64,000 bases of DNA from the human T2T-CHM13v2.0 reference genome, Homo sapiens (GCF_009914755.1 NC_060935.1); one strand, 5' to 3'; shown: positions 37,796 to 50,662, numbered from the stretch's first letter. Notes: a model not told the origin generated them from the letters alone. Program-made: numbers and translations.

Positions 37796-38069
37796 TTTTT
37801 TTTTTTCTTTGAGACCGAGTCTCGCTCTGTCGCCCAGACTGGAGTGCAGTGGCGCCATCTCGGCTCACTGCAAGCTCTGCCTCCTGGGTTCAGGCCATTC
37901 TCCTGCCTCAGCCTCCTGAGTAGCTGGGACTACAGGCGCCCGCCACCATGCGCGGCTAATTTTTTGTATTTTTAGTAGCCAGGATGGTCTCGATCTCCTG
38001 ACCTCATGATCCACTCACCTCGGCCTCCCAAAGTGCTGGGATTACAGGAGTGAGCCACTGCGCTGGGCC
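37796..38069 (-). mobile_element. AluY SINE with an internal deletion
   Basis: AluY diagnostics GCAAGCTC.GCC, GCCATTCTCC and TAGCCAGGATGGTCTCGATCTCCTGACCTC. The segment AGACGGGGTTTCACCGTGTTAG is absent. Confidence 0.95.
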
Positions 38070-38399
38070 CATATTTTGTATTTTTATGAAATGGTGAGCA
38101 TGCCAGGGATAACATTTTATATTTTGATTTTTTTCTTACCTAACATTATAGCATGAGCATCCAGTTTAACTGAGTGGAACTGTCTCCTGAAGGTTTATGA
38201 GAAAGAAGGCACTCACATTTACGTGCACCTATGAGGTGAGAGAGCATCTGCATTTGAGGCCACATTTTATTCTCACATCAACTTTATGGTAGACATATTG
38301 CCTCCTCCATACACTGAAGGACATGAAGCCCAGTGGGGTGAGAGGGTGGAGAGCACACGATCGATGCTCCTCCCAACCCTCCAACATCTCTTCTAGAGT

Positions 38400-38793
38400 C
38401 CTGGGTGCCCAGCCCACCCACCTGTGTGCCTTGCTCCAATGGACCCCACCTGTGACTGTGTGCTGTCTGCTGCCCTTGGGCCAGCCCAGGTGCTTCACCC
38501 TCCTGCCTGCCCCAACTTGCAGAGAACAGGAATTGCTTGGCAGTTTATTTAGCCAATGATTGCTGTGGGAGGATGAGTATTTGCTTAGAAAGTCCAATAC
38601 ACTCTAAGCTATATGTTACATCCTAGAGCTTCCCAGCAGGATCAAGCTGAGACTGGGACTTTACTTAAAATCACACTTCTGTTTGGCATCATCCCTGTCT
38701 CTATTCTGCTTCCCTTTCTTCTTCCTGTTTCTCTTGGGAGCATCTGCCTAGGAATCCTTGCTCAGGGTCTGCCTCTGGGGATTGATCTGAGAC
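38400..38793 (+). mobile_element. LTR16C-like ERVL LTR
   Basis: AGCCAATGA, GAGCTTCCCAGCAGGATCAAGCTGA and CTCAGGGTCTGCCTCTGGGG..AGAC; the 5' boundary is uncertain. Confidence 0.6.
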
Positions 38794-39688
38794 TGGTATT
38801 TCCTTCATGGTCATATGTCTTAAAGCAGAAGCAGCATTTCCAGGACTTGAACTTAGGTCTTCCAGACCTCAGAGTCAACCGTTTTTCTATCACAGACCCT
38901 TCCTTGCCTGATTCCAAAGGAATCAGCCAATGCGTGTGGGAGAAAAGTCTTCAGGCTGTGTGGGGGGGGGGGGCGGGGGGGTGAGGCTGGGCCCTCTAGC
39001 TGCCTGGGATGTGAATGGAAGGAGGACTGCAGGTGGCTGTGTGCAGTGGGAAGCTCATGAAGGATGAGAAACCTACCGCTATCCTCTGTATACACACACC
39101 TTGGGGAAATTCACTGTGTCGTGCCTCAGCCTTGCCCCAGACAGCCACAGGGCTCAGGGCACAAGCTGCAGATGAAAGAAGTAATGGGCTTACCACTTTA
39201 ACATGCTGGCACCCAGCCAGGTCCCCACTTACCGTGCGAACTGCCTCGCCAAATGTGCCAGGAGCCTCCTGTACGAAGGCCAGAGAAATGTGACTGTGGG
39301 CTCATGCTGGGAAGCAATTTGGTCCATTTCAACCATCATGTCATGGCAGCAGAATACACAAATATAGACTAGACTTGTCCAGGGGAGCTTTTCTCTCATT
39401 AACCTTGAAGGATGACGCACATCCCGTTGACGGCTGCTCTGGAGCCTGTGACTATGAGAGGCCAGGTTTGATGAAGCGATAGGACTTAAACAGCAGACAT
39501 TAGTGCTGCCAAATGCATTTTTCTTCTTAATACACTAAAGATCCATCATAAATACTGAGAAGGGTGTGTGTGGGAGGGACAGAAAGGCTGGGATGATGTG
39601 GCAGGGTGCATATGCTTGCCATTGGGTGCTGTCTGTCGTCAGCAAAAGAGAATAATCTCTCAGTTCTCACCTCCTAAGAAGTTAGCAA

Positions 39689-39731
39689 TCTCTCTGTCTC
39701 TGTCTCTTTTTCTCCTCTCTCTCTCTCTCTC
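39689..39731. repeat. (CT)n imperfect microsatellite
   Basis: Visible TC-rich run. Confidence 0.85.
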
Positions 39732-40404
39732 CACATGCACACACCTCCAGTGTGAGTTCTCCTCTGTCATTCACAAGGCAGACTCATATTTTGGCTTTGA
39801 TCTCATAAGAGGTCAGTAGCAGTGTCTGTGATGTGTGTGTGTGTGTGGTTTTCTGTATGGGTTCTGTGATCAGAAGAGGGGCAGAAATGCTTGTGATGAA
39901 AGATGTGTAAACAGTTCTGTGCAGAGACAGCTGATAGGCAGTGTCTTCTGCAAATGATGCTAAGGGAAAGACTGTCCTCAAAGCCATCTCAGTCATAGTG
40001 CTATTTATGGCTGGAGTGGCAGAACACTCTTCACCTGGATGTCAGGTTGCTAGAAGGGACAGTGGATTTTCCTAGGAAAAAGATTATTTCAGGAAAGAAG
40101 CATGGTTTAAACAAGGCTGAGGTTCTGCTCCTGGCTGTGGCATTTAGGAGAGAAGTGGCAGCCGCTGAGGGATGAGGACTCCAGCTATGTACAGGGTTCC
40201 TGGTTTCCCACAAATTGACTTCATGTGCTGCTGAGGCACAAACACTCTCTTAAAGAAGTTCTGCAAAGATAACTGTTGACCTTTGCTGAGCTACCTTGCA
40301 GGTAGAGCCTTATAAAGGAGACTTTATAATATACCAAAGAGAAAGAAGCCCTGTCCTTGGTTCCAAGGATGGGAAGAGGAGAGGAACACAGGCTATCTGG
40401 GGGT

Positions 40405-40630
40405 GAAAAGTGGTAATGATAATGAAAGCAAATATGGAATATATTAGCTTCTTTAATTCTCACGATGGGCCCAAGAGGGAGCTTCTATCATTATTCCCAT
40501 TTTTACTGAGGAGGAAACTGACACATGGCAACTTATTCAAGGTCACTGAGCAACATTTAGCAGAGCTTGGATTGGACCAAGGCAATCTGGTTCCAGGGGC
40601 CACATTTTGAATCATGGTGCTATACAAGCC
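40405..40630 (-). mobile_element. MIR SINE
   Basis: TTTAATTCTCAC...ATCATTATTCCCATTTTTACTGAGGAGGAAACTGA...CAAGGTCAC. Confidence 0.8.
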
Positions 40631-41339
40631 ATTTTATAAACAAAGAGCAACTGAACTGGACAATGGATAGCAGCCTCAAAGGACAGGAGGAAGCCAGGCC
40701 AATAGGAGGAGGAGGAGGGGACCCCCAAACTATATCTGAGCTGCAAAAGCTTGTTCATAATCTAATGAGAGAAGCCACACACATAAACACTCATGGAAAA
40801 GGCTTATAACTCTGACAAAAACATACATAAATTGAATTGACATTAAAGGTAAAACTACACCTCAACTGGGGAAGGAACATAGGTGTGGAAATAAGTTTCT
40901 CCCCAAGGTTTCTTCCTCTTCTTCTTGGAAGAGAAAGTGACCTCCAAATGAACCAGGTTTGAGGAGAGGAAGGAGGATGAACCGAGAGTCCATGAGGCAG
41001 CTAGGGTTGCTTGTTATAGCACCAACCTTAACCTGAGTCTTGCTATTTCTGTTTTTGGCCATGGCAACATATCACTCCTTCCTACCTCACCCTCCTTTCT
41101 ATCTCTACATATCTCAGTTGAAAACCAATCTTTTCTTTTTTGGAATTGTCTTCATCATTTACTTCTTTTCTGCTCTGATTTACCTTTAGAGCTGTATTAA
41201 CTCTGACGTTCTACTATTGTCTGAGAAGCGTAATCTGAAAGGGGACAGACATTTTTGACCAATAGATTAAGTAGCAGGAATTCAGGAAGGGAGTAAGGAG
41301 GATAAGGAGAGAAAGAGGGAGGATGATATTGGAATTAAT

Positions 41340-42015
41340 TTCAATACAACAAACAGGTAACGAGCATTTGTGATGTGCCCGTTGCTGGTACTTGGTGCTG
41401 GGAATATAAAAGATAAGTTCTCCAACACCACACTGTGAGCTCCCAGAGGGTAGGAACTGACACTTAAATGTGTAATGACATGACAATCTGATTAAATTTA
41501 ATAAAGGCGTGGGCAATGGGTCTGGGAGCACAGAGAAGGTTGCCTTTATTTATGTTTCAGGCAGAAAAGCTGGGAAAGTTATAGAAGCGATATTTAAGAG
41601 CCTCAGGTGTTGGGAAGGAATTTGCTGAATGAAGAAGGGAGGAAGAGCATTCCAGGCAGAAGGAAGAGTTTGAGCAAAGGAGGAGAAGTGCATGACCTTC
41701 TCAAGACGTAGTGATTGCTCTGGGTGTGGCCAGGCAGCAGGCGGCGTGGAGGCAGAGGGGCCAGGCAGCCAAAGGCCTTGGATTAGGGCTGAAGAGTTGG
41801 GACCTACCCTATAAACAACGTATAGTTGTTGAAGGTTTCTAGACAGAAGAATGGCTTGGGGGGCTGTGTGTTTGAGAGACTTCTTCCCAACCACAGGGTG
41901 GAGAATGGGTGGCAGGCCAGTGAGGAGGCTCCTGCCCTGGTCCAAAGGAGAGAGGCTGAGACTCTTAGAATGTCCAAGGAGAGGGCAGAGGTACAAATGC
42001 AAGATGGCACCCGTG
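41340..42015 (-). mobile_element. L2 LINE, long 3' fragment
   Basis: GAAGAGCATTCCAGGCAGAAGGAA, GAAGGTTTCTAGACAG and GGCAGGCCAGTGAGGAGGCT...GGTCCAAAGGAGAGA are antisense L2 words. Confidence 0.8.
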
Positions 42016-42381
42016 GACACATTGAAAGTTTAGTGATCCTACACTTGATTCTTCTCGCAGTTTCAGAAATACTACCTCCTTTGTACCACTCTTGGTACGT
42101 GCCACCTCCTATACAAAGCCTCTCCTGGTGCTACCAGAGGCAAACAAATTCTCCCTCCTTTGTGCCCTCCTGCTTTATGTGTGTAGCCTTTCTCTCTGGG
42201 TTCTCTAGATTTATTTTAATTTGTGTACTCGTTTTGTTTGTTCTCACATGGGTAGGGAAAAGGGCAAAGCTCTGGATGTTTGAAAACTTGTTTTGTACTA
42301 AGGATATTGTTCTTGATTGCTGCATTGCCCTGGGAAAATTAATTTACCTCTTTGAAGGCTTGGTGTCATCATTTCTGGGAA

Positions 42382-42775
42382 TGTAACATTTAGGCTGCAG
42401 GCAGGAAAACAGCACCCATGCAGGTGTCTGCAAGGGAGAGTGAGGCAGCCCAGAGGTTAGTAACAGTAGGCAGCCAATCCCGGGCTAGAGGTACAAAGGA
42501 AGGAGGTAGTATTTCCTGAACTCAGGAATCAAGACCACCCAGTGGGAACTGGGACCACCCAGAAGACTCAGCTACTCTCTTAGAAGTGATACGGGGCAGA
42601 GAAAGAGAGATGCAGTACCCTACTTCTCCCATCCTCTACCCTCTAACCCCTTGACAGTGCCTTCCGTTGGCTGAACCTACACGGTAGCCAGTTGGCCAGG
42701 AGGTTTGGGAGGTGGAGTTCACAGGGAATAGTGGGGAATGGATCTGAGTGTGCCAACTGGCAAATGACCAATATA
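42382..42775 (-). mobile_element. Ancient LTR (LTR78/LTR79/LTR67-like) nested in a MIR
   Basis: GCAGCCCAGAGGTTAGTAACAG, CAGTGCCTTCCGTTGGCTGAACC and GAATGGATCTGAG. MIR halves flank it at about 42320-42381 and 42800-42890. Confidence 0.5.
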
Positions 42776-44533
42776 AAAAATTCACAAAAAGTCTCTGGCC
42801 CTACTTATTTCACAGGATATCAGTTAGAATCAAATGAAATGATACATGTAAAAGCCCTTTGTAAATTACAGAGAGCTATGCAAATGTACGCTGGTATATT
42901 CACGTTTTATCTGGCAGTCAAAAAAATCTGCATTTAGCTGTTATGAATTCTCTGCTGACCTGGATCTGAAGTGGAGTGTGGACTGACTGCTTCTCGAGGG
43001 ATAGTCCTTGAGGTGTGGACGTCCAAAAGGCTGCCAGGGATGTCTGGGGGCACATGGACTGTACCGTGTGATACAAAACCTTCCTGCAGAAGATAAGCTT
43101 CTGGGCACCTGTCTCTAAACCTTTCCCATCAGACCAGTTGAGTGCACATGAGCATGGCTCGTAGGCACCTGGGCATGGAAAAGGACCTCTCCAGCTCTGC
43201 CCTTCTTGGCAGTGAGCAGTTAGCGGCCCTGAGGAATGAAGCCACAGCCGAGTGAAGGCGTTCCATGCTGTCCAGGTGATGGAGGGAGGAAATTGAAAAG
43301 ACATTCAAGAGTTTCCTGAGCTGAGCTCTTCCCCTAGCATCATGCTGTTCATACTACACATGTTGTTTTGCTCCTGATGATAAAGGAGATGCTAGGGTAA
43401 TAGGGCTGACGCAGTTGAACCCTGTAGTCTCTTCAGCCCCATTAACCCACATCCACCCAAATGGATTCTCAGCCAGTCCCATTAAGACATCCTGTCAGAA
43501 CCTTCCCACGTCATTTGCAGAGTGAAGTGAATATCAATAAAATTGTAACGAGTAATTATCCCAGCTTCACTGACTCTTACTGGAAATGAAGCCAGCCCTC
43601 TGCTGTGGGTATTGACAAAAACTCCATTCCTCCTGGGAGCTGCTTTTCTTCCGCTGGGTAAATCTGATCCATCTCAGCAGATACCAGGTGTGCTAGTTTA
43701 ACATTCATGGGCACATGGGCAGCAGGTTTGGAAAGGGGACTCTAGCCCCTGTCCCTTCTGGGCAGTGAGCAGCCCTGATGAATGAAGAGGTTCACTGCTC
43801 TCCACGCTGCGTCAACAGAGCGAGTGTTGCACCAGGAGGCAGGGCACCTGGCTTCCCCAGTCACTATCGACTACTCCCACCGTCCACCCTAACTCCATCA
43901 GGCCTCATTATTCCATCTATACCACAATAGGTCCTTTCCAGTTCTGGCATTCTATGAGCTGAGAGACAGAACAGCCACAGAGAAATCAATCTGCCAGAGA
44001 GTGATGCATTTGACAGTGTAGACACTCGAGGCCCGGTCTACATTGCCAGGCATTTGAGAAGCAGACAGAATGGGAGCTTTGCTGGCAGTTTCTCACCGTG
44101 GCTTTCTGACCACAGAGAGCCCGAGCATCACACCTGCTCTGTGGTCATGACAGCCAGCACTGGGATACCAGAGCTGTGAGTGACAAGGTGTTAATTCAAG
44201 GCTTAGGGAGTGTGATGGTTAGGGACTGGCCCACCCTTTCCTGTTCTCTGCCTGCTGTCTGAAAGGCTGTCAGCACCTCCTGCTGATGGCTGGCTGCTGG
44301 TGACTTGCTGCCTGCTTCCCCCACATGAAAGTGTGGAACACAGCACGAAGGTGTTTCTGCAGCACCTGGGCTGCTGGCTTGGAACGTGCTACCTGTGGGG
44401 GAAGACTGGAGGACTGCTCAGTTGCTGTTCTGTGCTGGGATTCCAGCCTCCTCTTCCTGGCTGCTCAGGAAAAGACAGCACAGGCCAAGCTGGGGTTCCA
44501 GAAGTATGAATATGTGGGGAGGTGGGCATGGGT

Positions 44534-44872
44534 GCATGTGAGTGTGTGTTTGAGTGCGTGTGTGTGTTTGAGTGCGTGTGTGTGTTTGAGTGCGTGTGTG
44601 TGTTTGAGTGCGTGCGTGAGTGCGTGTGTGAGTGCGTGTGTGAGTGTGTGTGTTTGAGTGCGTGTGTGTGAGTGCGTGTGTAAGTGCGTGTGTGTGAGTG
44701 CGTGTGTGTTTGAGTGCGTGTGTGAGTGCGTGTGAGTGTGTGAGTGCATGTGTGAGTGTGTTTGACTGCGTGTGAGTGTGTGTTTGAGTGCGTGTGTGTT
44801 TGCGTGCGTGTGTGAGTGTGTGTTTGAGTGCGTGTGTGAGTGTATGTGTGAGTGAGTGTGCGCCTGTGTGTA
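44534..44872. repeat. Complex (GT)n-rich mini/microsatellite with an ~18-bp unit TTTGAGTGCGTGTGTGTG
   Basis: About 340 bp of TG repeat punctuated by GAGTGCGT and TTT; the first three units are near perfect. Confidence 0.95.
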
Positions 44873-45814
44873 GCAGTGTAGTAGCGGAGGAACAAAGAGG
44901 TACAAAGAGGAATGGAATCAGTGAAGCTCAGATCCTTAAAGTCACTTTAAGTTGGGTTTTCAGGGGGGATTTTACAGGCTTCTGGGGAACCCCAAGTAGG
45001 TGGTATTCCTCTGCCCTGCCTCCCTCCCGTGCCAAAGCTCACACAACAAAGGTAGGCTGCAGGTCTTGCCTGGCTGCCAAAGCTTTCCTAGAGCCAGGGG
45101 GCCAGGAACAAGTTCTGTGGGGACCCCTGTTACCTGGCTACACCATGTGTTAACCCAGTGCTGGCCAGGTTGGTTCAGATGACACAGGTGGTGAAGTGGG
45201 TACTAGTTTCCTCCGCTCCTCCCCAACCGGGCATCCTCCTTAAAGCTGAACACTTGGCTGAAGAGAGGGTCTGACCAGACAATTTATATTACAAAGTATA
45301 GAGCAGGATGCAACTTATAAAAGCCCTTCCTTATCTATTTTTCATGTGAAGTGGAGAAGGTGGAGTTATTATTCTCATTTTAGGGATAAGGAAACTGAAC
45401 CCAGCAATGAACTTGGAGTGCCAAAGTTCAAACCCAGTACCTCACTCCATCCCAGGATCTCTGTCTCTTACATGAGGGGACAGTGGCTTCCAAAATAATT
45501 CCAAGGGTGCTGATAAAGGAGCATCTCCGCTCCTTTTTCCTCCATGAAACTTGGAGAAAGGCAGGTGTGGGACCAGGAGGGCTGCACAGCTTGCAGTATG
45601 TCTGCCTGGCCATGGTGACATGTGACAGCCACATGGTAGAGGTGAGGGTGGCACAGTTCTGGAATTCTTATTCCCTGGGAAGGTGCATTGCCCCACTCCT
45701 GTTAGCAGCAAATATAAGACTTGGGCTATGTGTCTGAACTGGTCTTGGGTAGTCTCCATTTCACAGACTCCAGTCTGAATTAAGCATCAACCTGCTTGAT
45801 CTTTTTCCATAAGA

Positions 45815-46030
45815 AGTAGTAACCAACATTGAATTGCACTATGTGCTTCACATGTATTCATCTCTCACTGTAAACCCACACATTTGGTATAGAATTATCC
45901 TTGTTTACAGACGAGAAAACAGGAATAGAGGGAAAATAAATTGCCTTGAGTGCATGCCTCTAAAGCTGATGGAGCTAGGATTCAAATCCAGGCCACAAGG
46001 GCTACTTTGGATCCTCCCTCTCCATCATGC
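45815..46030 (-). mobile_element. MIR SINE
   Basis: ATTATCCTTGTTTACAGACGAGAAAAC...GGAGCTAGGATTCAAATCCAGG. Confidence 0.7.
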
Positions 46031-47659
46031 ATATACCACACCATCCTTCCCATGCAGCTCATCCACCATCATCTGCTCACCTGCCTGTTTTCCTACTGGC
46101 CTTAGGTGTGAACAGAGTACATGTCCTGTTCATGATTCCATGGCCGGATCAAAGAGCTCCTCCTCACTCCTCCCTGCAAGCACCTGTGCATGAACCCACC
46201 CATACCTGGGGCACTTGTTATAAGGCTCAGGGAATTATGTGACTTGCCTCCAGGAATCAAGGCGCCTCCAGCTTGGACCAGTTTCCTGGATCCCAAGGCC
46301 TCTTTCTCTTCTGCCCCTGGGCCACATTGCTAAATATATCCCTGTATGAACCCATTTACCATCTGTAGCTAAAATGCCTCTTGACTGTTCTGAGCCAAGA
46401 TTAGAAGTCTGTCTAAACGTCAATGATTATTTCATCGGCTAAAAGCAAATTGACCAAGCTCACCCTCCCTGCAGTCTAAGAAGGCTCTCAGTCTATTTGT
46501 AGCTCAGTCTGATGTGCAAGAGGCGGCTGCTCTGAGTTGAGGCTGCCTGCTGCTTTCTGTACCAATAGGGTTTGCTGAGCGGGTCATTGATGTGTTTAGT
46601 CTGGGATTAGTAGATACTTTGGTATAAGTCAGCAGACTCGGGTTATCGAAGCAACAATGCCCCGGTGCTTGCACACCCTGCAGGGCCACCACAGCAGAAT
46701 CCCATGGGGGTGGGGAGCTCAGGTGGGCAAGTCCCTCATGGAGGTCTGCACACCTTGTTCAGCAGTGGACATCCTGATGCTCACAAGGAAGAGTTTGAAC
46801 TGAACATGGTCTTTGAGAAACGTGCAGAGATGTGACCAATTGTACAGGACCCTGAGGGATCGACAAAGTCTCTGTTTCTGTCTATTTTGAATTTAAGGAA
46901 TGAGAGCAGGGACTTGGGTGGAAGAAAAATGCACAAAGAAGTACAGAAGTTTTCCTTTCCAAAAAACTTCAGCAGAATTTTTTTTTAAAAGTGAGAGCTA
47001 GAGAAAAATACTTATATATGTTTCAGAACATGTTTTTTCCTTCTTTTTTTTTAATTTTAACTTTGTTTTTCCTTGTGATCCCAAGCTTCTCACCTCCACC
47101 GAGTTTCCGGCTGCCTCCTCTGCGCTGAATAATACAGTAGCCAGCCCAGTAGACACAGCCCATTGCTGGGCAGGAGGCTCCCAATACACAGGGAAGGGAT
47201 TGTTCATTTCATACATCATTTAAAGCCTGCTGCAGTGATTTACCAGTGTCAGCCTGTCTTTGGAGCACAGAAGGAGAAGAAAGAGAAATATGTATGCTTC
47301 CATTGTGTATCTGGACCTGGATCTTAGAGAGTGATGGGGGAGGGAGGCCGACTGGGTTTTCTTCCTTATCTAAACACTGCGGAGAAGCCAAAGATTACCC
47401 CACAGTTAGGAAGAAAGAGGATAGGAAAGTGGTTGATGTCTTGCAGGGAGATGCTGCTTCCCTTTCCACCTGGCCTGGCCAGGCAGGGAGGGCTGCCTTC
47501 CTACAGCCTGTGTATAGTCTCCTCATTCCCAGGTCCTCTCACTTAGATCCATCCTGCACCCCTGTAAGAATTATCTTCTCAAAACCATGCTGATACCATG
47601 CTACTAAGGACGTAACACCTTTTCCCCAGGCAAATGGAATCGCTCCTTGCCAGTGACAG

Positions 47660-48451
47660 TGAAATAGGAGGGGGGCCGGGAAGTGCAGGAAGAAGAATGG
47701 GGTCCCTGGGGAGGGCTCCACCCTCTGGCCTGTGCCCACGGGCCTAAGTGAGGACAAGCCACTCCTGTTTTTCACGCCCAAAGGTTGCATTTTCCGAGAC
47801 CACTCTGGCCTGCCACCCTCCTCACTGCCCCCCCCCACACACTGACCAGCCTATAAAAACCCCGAGACCCTAGCAGGGAGGAATACACCAGCAGAAGGAC
47901 ACAGTGGCAGACGCTGGCAGGCCATCAACGGCAGGACGAGAATGACGCAGACGCGAGGAGAATTTATTTGGTCAGAGGAGAGTCTGACCACTGCGTGGCC
48001 TGACTCCAGGGAAGACCACCTTCCCATTCCATTCCCCTTGTGGCCTCCGCATCCACCTTGCCGAGAACTACCTCCACTCAATAAAACCTTGCACTCATCC
48101 TCCAAGCCCACATGGGATCTGATTTTTCCAGTACACTAAGGCAAGAACCCAGGATACAGAAAGCCCTCTGTCCTTGCGATAAGGCAGAGGGTCTAATTGA
48201 GCTGGTTAACACAAGCTGCCAACGGACAGCTAAACTGAAAGAGCACACTGTAACACACGCCCACTGGGGCTTCAGGAGCTGTAAACACTCAACCCTACAT
48301 GCTGCCTTGGGGTTGGAGCCCAAAAAACGTTCCCCACAATCTGCCTGTCTGCCTGCTCCCCCCAGGGGTTTGAGCAGCGGGGCATCTATGCAGCGAGCCA
48401 CACTCCTATCACACAGCCTGCCATGGGGATAAAGGAAATTCTCCCGTTTCA
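47660..48451 (+). mobile_element. LTR1/LTR28-family ERV1 solo LTR, nested in L2
   Basis: TGAAATAGGAGGGGGG...CTCCCGTTTCA ends. Target-site duplication ACAG/ATAG at 47656-47659 and 48452-48455. TATAAAAA at 47852 and AATAAA at 48080. Confidence 0.85.
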
Positions 48452-48739
48452 ATAGCAGGTCTTCAGGACCTGTGCTGGGACTCTCCTCTCATTACCTGCA
48501 CTCCAATGGGTCCAGGTGCCTCGAGGTTCTACACACGGCCTGCCTTAGCCATCAGGCTTCCCATTCGGCTGTTCTCCAGCTTGGAATGCTGTTTCTCCTC
48601 TCTCCCACTTCCAAAACTCTTTCAAGGACCAACCTAACACCCACTCCATCTGTTACTCTTTCTGTAACTCAGCCAGCCCTTTCTGATAAGTCACTTCCCC
48701 AAACTTCCATAGCACTTCAAGTCAGCAATGACTGGGATT

Positions 48740-48950
48740 AGATAACAGATAATACTAGTATTAGTTAATAACATTAATACATTTCACCGAATGATTACCG
48801 AGTGCCATGCCCCATCAGGATGTGCTGGTAATATTTCCAGGTGAAAGAAATGAAGGCACAGCCTCTCTTGGATACTTATTTAAAGCTACATTCAGCTAGG
48901 ATGTAAGTTGGCCAGAATCTGAACCCAGACTTTCTGCCTTTTTTATGAGC
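48740..48950 (-). mobile_element. MIR SINE
   Basis: TTTCCAGGTGAAAGAAATGAAGGCACAG...CCAGAATCTGAACCCAGAC. Confidence 0.6.
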
Positions 48951-49899
48951 CTTTAACCACAATTTTTACTGCCGCTCAGTCCAGTATGACTTCTAAGGTA
49001 ATTGATTTTTAGGTTTGAGTTTAGTTCTGCAATAAAACTGTGGACTCCCCACGGATGCCATGCATGTCTTATATATCTGTATCCCCTACAGCACCTAACC
49101 TCAGAGCTAGACATGCAATAGGCATTCAATATAAACTTGATCATTCATTGATTGGCCAGACAGCTCCCTGACTTGAGCACTTCTCTCTCTTCCCATTATG
49201 GAAATGTCTGAGTAATACAGCTCTCAAGGAAGACTGGGGGTGGGGGGTGGGTGTGAAGCGGGGGTGGGAGAGCATAGCCAGTTTGTCTTTAGGAGAGTCT
49301 CGTATTGGACTACTTCAAATTAACCAGTCAGATGTCTATTAAGCATGTGCTATGGCATACCACACACATGGAGGATGAGAGAGAAGGAAAAACATTCCTG
49401 TTACGAAGGTGGCAATGCTCAGATTGGAAGAAGCTGCACCAGGCGGTCCAGCAGGGCAGCCCTTGACGAGGGCTTGGCTGTGTGGGGCAGAGTGTGGATA
49501 AGGGCGTTAGAGGACCCCGTAGATCGATGTGGGTCGTCAGCAAGGCTGGAGAGGGCTCAGGAGAAAGTGTGGCTGGTGGGGCTTTGAGGGAGGGCCACGT
49601 CGCCCTAGGTGGAGAGCAAAGGAGGGCTGGGAGAAGGAAATTGCCCCTGCTTCACAGCCTTCCCTCTTTGGTGACTGTAATGGTGGGGCTGGGATTCATT
49701 TAGCCTTTTCTCCCACTCCTGATGACTACTAAGCTCTGATGCTTGCTCAGTCTTTCTTACAGGTTGGTTAGGAGGGTAAAGTGTAGGAGTGTCATATACT
49801 ATAAGCCCGGATTCTATCCACATGTAGGGGCCGATCATTATTTGTTATTGTCTCTGATGCTGTTAGTGCCCTTTCTTATCCTCTCAGCAGCATTCAACT

Positions 49900-50277
49900 C
49901 TACTGGCAGTCTGCTTGGGGCTGCTATAACCGAATACCATACACTGAGTGGCTGACAAACAACAGAGATTTACTTCTCACACTTCTGGAGGCTGGGAAGT
50001 CCAAGACCAAGGCACTGGCAGATTAGGTGTCTGGGGAGGGCCTGGTTTCCTGCTTCATAGACAGCTGCCTTCTGGCTGTATCCTCACTTGCTGGAGGGGC
50101 AAGAGAGCTCCCTGAGGTTTCTTTTATAAAAGCACTAATCCCATTCATAAAGCCTCCACCCTTGTGACCTAATCATTTCCCAAAGCCCCACGTCCTAATA
50201 CTCCTAATCTCATCACCTTGGAGACTAGGTTTCAACATATGAATTTTGAGGGGACATAAACATTCAGTCCATTGTAT
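49900..50277 (-). mobile_element. MLT1A(0) MaLR solo LTR
   Basis: GGGCTGCTATAAC..AATACCAT, TTCTGGAGGCTGGGAAGTCCAAGA and TTTCAACATATGAATTTTG.GGGGACA.AAACATTCAGTCCAT. Confidence 0.88.
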
Positions 50278-50289
50278 CTACATAGAAAA

Positions 50290-50662
50290 AGCTGTTTGTG
50301 GTGAACATGGGTGACCCTCTGCCTGAGGGCTTTTTTTTTTTTTTTTTTCTCCTAGCAGGACATGGCAGAATCCCTGGGTAGTTAATGCCTCAAATGCAGC
50401 CCTCAGCCAATGACAGAGGGAGGTGGGGGAATGAACACCCGGCTTCCTTGCCCCTTGGTGGGGATGATGCTGAGGGCTATTCTGTACAGGATGAGACCTG
50501 GCTGCCATACTCATGACTTGCTGGATAAGGAACCGTTGCTGCCTACCTTCACTCCCTGTCTTCCTGCCCACTCTCCTGCAGTGTCTCCAGGGATCACCTC
50601 TGACATGAGTTACTGGCACTGGAATTGCAGGGTCTATTTCTGGGCGACTGAAAGTAGGACAT
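50290..50662 (+). mobile_element. LTR16A-like ERVL LTR
   Basis: GCAGCCCTCAGCCAATGAC, GGGATCACCTC and CAGGGTCTATTTCTGGG...AGGACA. Confidence 0.6.

Noticed and set aside
41826-42386. Longest ORF in the track (186 aa) and overlapping ORFs
   Set aside because: Non-ATG start, overlaps L2 and MIR relics, and has no recognisable domain.
44389-44905. His/Thr-rich ORFs of 146-168 aa
   Set aside because: These are translations of the (GT)n-rich repeat.
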